From the NCBI GenBank assembly GCA_048938445.1, contig JBHLME010000003.1, positions 15,824 through 79,823 of the forward strand: a stretch of DNA of 64,000 nucleotides, written 5' to 3'. Of this stretch, positions 60,337 to 64,000 are shown in pieces (position 1 is the first letter of the stretch; each line of letters starts with the position of its first letter). Both the position numbers and the translations under genes were made by a program. The notes beneath the pieces are model-generated. The model did not search any database, was not told the origin of the DNA, and saw only the letters and a program-made list of their open reading frames with translations. The stretch is from Promethearchaeota archaeon. Its GTDB lineage: Archaea; Asgardarchaeota; Lokiarchaeia; Sigyniarchaeales; SOKP01.

Positions 60337-60352
60337 TTTTTTCCTTTTATAA
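60337..60352 (+). promoter_or_regulatory. T-rich-BRE TATA promoter of the hef operon
   Basis: TTTTTT-CC-TTTTATAA 25 nt before ATG 60377 (leaderless spacing); could overlap a terminator. Confidence 0.5.
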
Positions 60353-60376
60353 TTTCATCATTTGGATATAATTAGT

Positions 60377-60955
60377 ATGTCAGATTCAGATCTTGATAAA
60401 AGATCATATGAAATTTTGGGTCATATTTTAATTGCACTGAAATCCTTTGAAGGGAAATATGATAAAAAATTAAATTTTAGCAAGCTTGCACGATATTTTC
60501 GATTAAATGAACGAGATGCAGATTATCTGGCAGAATTCATAGTCAAATTCCAAGAAGAATTTAAAGATTTTAGCAAAATATTTTGTAAGTATAAATTAAA
60601 TAAAAAATACGAGAATGGTAAAATCTACGTTACTGCTGAAATTAAAGATGATGTTGTTCCCAAAACAATTCATTTGGAACAAGAGCATGCAAATTGGTTG
60701 AGTGATTTAATTTATTCATTTCAACATGTCAAAAAGGGTAAGGGATTTGATCTATCAAATAAAAACGTTGACATTGTGAGAAAAATCCGACTTTTGATGA
60801 AGTCTCATCCGTATCTTTTTTATAAGAATGGAGGCGATCTCGTGTATCCTTCACGATTAGGATCTGAATTGGGAAATGCAATCCTTTCCTGTAAGAAATT
60901 GAACAAGCAATTTGTAAATAGGAAAATTAATGAATGTGAGATTCGAATTGATTAA
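60377..60955 (+). CDS. Hypothetical protein (possible HTH), first gene of the hef operon
   Basis: LNFSKLARYFRLN helix pattern; 2 nt from the hef start; the track start is TTG 60362. Confidence 0.65.
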   Translation: MSDSDLDKRSYEILGHILIALKSFEGKYDKKLNFSKLARYFRLNERDADYLAEFIVKFQEEFKDFSKIFCKYKLNKKYENGKIYVTAEIKDDVVPKTIHLEQEHANWLSDLIYSFQHVKKGKGFDLSNKNVDIVRKIRLLMKSHPYLFYKNGGDLVYPSRLGSELGNAILSCKKLNKQFVNRKINECEIRID

Positions 60956-60957
60956 TT

Positions 60958-63169
60958 ATGGTTGAGATAAGAGGAACTAAGCCAGAGGAAAAAAACTCAT
61001 ATTTAGAAAAAAAAGAGGTTGAATATCGACATTATCAAGAAATAATTGCCCAAAAATGCGTCGGAAAAAATTCATTAGTAGTAATTCCGACCGGGCTTGG
61101 AAAAACTATCATTGGAGTCCTTGTCGCGGCAAAATTATTAGAAATGGTTCCTTCAGACAGCAAGATTATTATCTTGGCTCCAACCCGACCGCTTATCGAA
61201 CAACATTTCCAATCATTCCTTCAGAAATTATCGATTCCAAAAGAGAAGTTCGCAATCCTCACAGGAAAGATTGCACCGAGCAAAAGAACAGAGATATTTG
61301 AAACAAATCAAGTGTTATTTTTTACGCCTCATACCCTTAGAAATGACCTCGTGAACAAGAAATATGATTTAAGCCACACTTGCTTGGTGATCTTTGATGA
61401 AGCCCATCATGCGTCAGGTGATTATCCTTATCCCTTGATTGCTGATAAATACAAACAACAAAACTCTGATGGAACTATCTTAGCACTCACGGCATCTCCT
61501 GGTGCTTCAAAAAAAAATCATTGATCTGTGCAATACACTTTATATCCCACCTCAAAACATTCACATACGTTCCCGAAAGGATGAAGACGTGAAGATATAC
61601 TTGAAACCAATGGACATTTACAAGATTGGTGTTGACATGTCGGATTTAATGGAGGAAGCATATTTATCAATAACTCAAGTATTAGAAGATAAGTTGCTCT
61701 ATTTAGCTCACTTGAGTTTTTTATCTCAAGATATAAAACCATTATATAAGCACGTGATAAGGAAAGACCTGGTAAAACTTAACTTGGAATTACTGGAAAT
61801 AATCAAGGGGGATGGTGATAAGACTGGAGTGTATAGCGGAATTTCCGTCAATGCCCAAGCTCTTAAATTACATCATATGCTCGAATTAATCGAACAGCAA
61901 GGACTTGAGATGTTAATGGAATACATGAAAAAAATGCGAAAAGATTCCCGGAAGAAAAGTAGTTCAAAAGCAATAAAAATTTTAGCTAATAATCCACAAT
62001 TACGAAGAGTTTATATAGAGCTAAAAAAAAATGAAGAATTTTCACCTAAGGAACTCATCCATCCCAAGCTTCCCGTGTTAAAAAAATGCTTAATAGAAGA
62101 ATTAAATAAAAATAAGCAAGCTAAAATACTCGTATTCGTCAAGTTGAGAAATTCAGTGAAAAATATCGTGAATAAATTGGATAAGATTGATTTAATAAGA
62201 CCAGTAAGGTTTGTAGGACAAACAACGAAATCAAAAGAAGATAAAGGACTTTCTCAAAAGCGACAAGTAGAGATATTAGAATTATTTAAGGAAGGTAAGT
62301 ATAACGTGTTAGTAGCAACCAACGTGGCAGAAGAAGGTCTGGATATTGCAGAGTGTGATCTAGTCATTTTTTATGATGTAGTTGCATCAGAGATCAGGTT
62401 AATACAAAGAAAAGGAAGGACTGCACGGCATAGGAAGGGGAAAGTATTGATACTTTATACCAAAAACACCCGGGATGATATATATATGAAAATTGCTTTA
62501 AAAAAATTAAAAAAAATGAACGTAAACCTCAAGAACAAACAGCAACTTCACGGTTATTATGCTAGAGAGCAGATAAAGAAGGATGTGCTATTAAATCAAG
62601 AATCCCTAAATAACCATACACAAGCGAGAAATAATGACGGATTACCTCAAAATAATGAAGTTAAATTTGAGATTGTCCGTCCGAAAATGATTATTCCTAA
62701 AAATAAAAAATTTAACTTGGATTATTTTGCTGAAAAGGCTCTCGAAGAGAAAGAAAAACAATTTAAGGAAAAAAGTCCGGGAATTATAATAAGCAAGGAC
62801 TTACCATTGAAATACGGACTTCGTCATGAATTAAAGACACGTTCAATTCCTTTTATTGCGATATCCTCTGAAGTACACGTGGTTATTAATGACAAGATAC
62901 TCGTGCAAGTTTATAAAACTACACCTCAAAATTTTCTAATGAAGAAATATCTTTCTCTTTATGAGAGATATAGAAGGAAATATGAACTCGTGATCTTTGT
63001 ATTCGAACTGCTGGACTTCCAGGAATCATTTGGTGGTGAAAAACGACTATTCAAGAGAAAAGTCCAAGAACTTACTATGGGAAATGATCTTCAAGTAGTT
63101 CCTATTGATGATCATTCTGAACTTTTTTTTCTCGTGAGATCTCTATATGAACAGAAAAACTCTCGGTGA
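60958..63169 (+). CDS. hef: Hef/FANCM-family SF2 helicase split by a frameshift in an A9 run (61509-61517)
   Basis: ORF1: YRHYQ, PTGLGKT, APTRPL, FDEAHH, LTASPG. ORF2: HPKL, RFVGQ, VAEEGLDI, QRKGRTAR. The two frames join at the homopolymer. Confidence 0.9.
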
Positions 63170-63179
63170 ATGACTTAAA

Positions 63180-63701
63180 ATGGAAGAAAAAAGTTTTAAA
63201 AAGGTTGAAAAATCCTATTACATCTTTGCCTGTTCCACGTGTAATAATTATTCATATGTAAAGACTACGCAAAAAGGAAAGAAATGCTTACGTTGTGGAA
63301 GACACCATCAAGTAGAAAAGCTTAAAGCCATATCAGAAGTTGTTTCAGGTATTAGTACTGCGAAAGATAGGATTATAGAATTAGAAAATCTTATGGCGCG
63401 AAAAGAGCTTGGTTCTGAACCTGAATTACGATCTGAAAATGATTTCTATATTTATTATCAAGATTTACAGAAGAGTTCAAGTTCAAATAAAATTGAACAT
63501 AATGGAAGCGACTTCCTCAAATTTAAACTACTACTTAATACCTTAAGAGATAAATACAAGAAATTTCCGCTATACTTGATTGAAATTTCAGCAATAGATC
63601 ACCAAATTCCCCAAGAAAAATTGAAATTTTTAATAGAAAAATCTATTAAAAATGGAATCATAAAAAGGACCGCAGAAGGATTGTATTTTATGGTTTCTTA
63701 A
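63180..63701 (+). CDS. DUF1922-like Zn-ribbon protein
   Basis: IFACSTC...QKGKKCLRCGR; C-terminal wHTH-like helices. Confidence 0.72.
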   Translation: MEEKSFKKVEKSYYIFACSTCNNYSYVKTTQKGKKCLRCGRHHQVEKLKAISEVVSGISTAKDRIIELENLMARKELGSEPELRSENDFYIYYQDLQKSSSSNKIEHNGSDFLKFKLLLNTLRDKYKKFPLYLIEISAIDHQIPQEKLKFLIEKSIKNGIIKRTAEGLYFMVS

Positions 63702-63991
63702 TGAGAATCTTTTTCCATTACTTTTTTCATGTATAATTTTATGAAATACCTCTGACTCTTACAATAATCTAATATTTGCTGCTTTGTAAGGGTAGCATTG
63801 CTCGAAAGCATGTTATCTATTAATTGAATAAGTGTAAAAAGCTCATTTAATTCTTTATCGGCACTCTTATCTGAATTAAAGCTAACCTTGAGAGAGGATT
63901 TGATGCCTCCTTTCAAGATATCGTCTTGTTTGCTCTCATTATTAAAAGTGCCAGTCTTTAAATGATTACTCTTGATATTCATCACTAGCAC
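63698..63991 (-). CDS. Small hypothetical protein, paralog of 20240..20512
   Basis: LTKQQILDYCKSQRYFIKLYMK motif; the start is uncertain because it lies at the window edge. Confidence 0.65.
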   Translation of the reverse strand: MLVMNIKSNHLKTGTFNNESKQDDILKGGIKSSLKVSFNSDKSADKELNELFTLIQLIDNMLSSNATLTKQQILDYCKSQRYFIKLYMKKVMEKDSH

Positions 63992-64000
63992 TCTTTAATC

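Noticed and set aside
2609-61742. Many short antisense or alternate-frame ORFs in the track (e.g. 2609, 3503, 29807, 31216, 45259, 51200, 58345, 61518)
   Set aside because: They are nested within well-supported genes and have no motifs, so they are shadow ORFs.
35471-63991. Right-hand block considered as a provirus, plasmid or ICE
   Set aside because: No integrase, transposase, capsid, terminase, VirB4/relaxase or att repeats are recognisable in the window. An element extending past the right edge cannot be excluded.
1-64000. tRNA and rRNA genes
   Set aside because: No GC-rich cloverleaf or rRNA-like segment was seen in the intergenic regions; not checked with tRNAscan or Infernal.

Overview
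AT-rich archaeal chromosomal window, most likely from an Asgard archaeon (Lokiarchaeia/Promethearchaeota). Support for this: Rab-like and Rag/Arf-like small GTPases, longin and roadblock proteins, a gelsolin-X protein, an IPGY-type C-terminal anchor, RadA, TFB-like, Hef, PAC2, AfpA and the SufBC/SMS pair. The left part (about 1-35 kb) is housekeeping, metabolic and eukaryote-signature signalling genes with ordinary purine-rich BRE + TATA promoters. The right part (about 35.5-64 kb) groups a divergent TFB, a second cyclin/TFB-fold candidate, RPA, a RadA with a duplicated HhH domain, a RadB-like ATPase in an operon with a membrane HEXXH protease, a frameshifted Hef/FANCM helicase, an MglAB pair, GNATs and Zn-ribbon proteins, interspersed with surface proteins. 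Most transcription units in that part carry an unusual promoter: T6-8, a 1-2 nt C/A spacer, then TTTAWAWA, i.e. a T-rich tract where the BRE should be. The tfb-like gene itself has a canonical promoter. The leading hypothesis is an alternative-TFB ('sigma-like') DNA recombination/repair regulon. Other points of interest are a Nal1-type protease followed by a free-standing copy of its own N-terminal domain, a membrane receptor-longin-Rag GTPase cluster, a coiled-coil/winged-helix gene pair, and evidence for ATA/ATT start codons. No rRNA, tRNA, CRISPR, transposase or integrase was recognised. All family calls come from motif recognition by eye, not from database searches.
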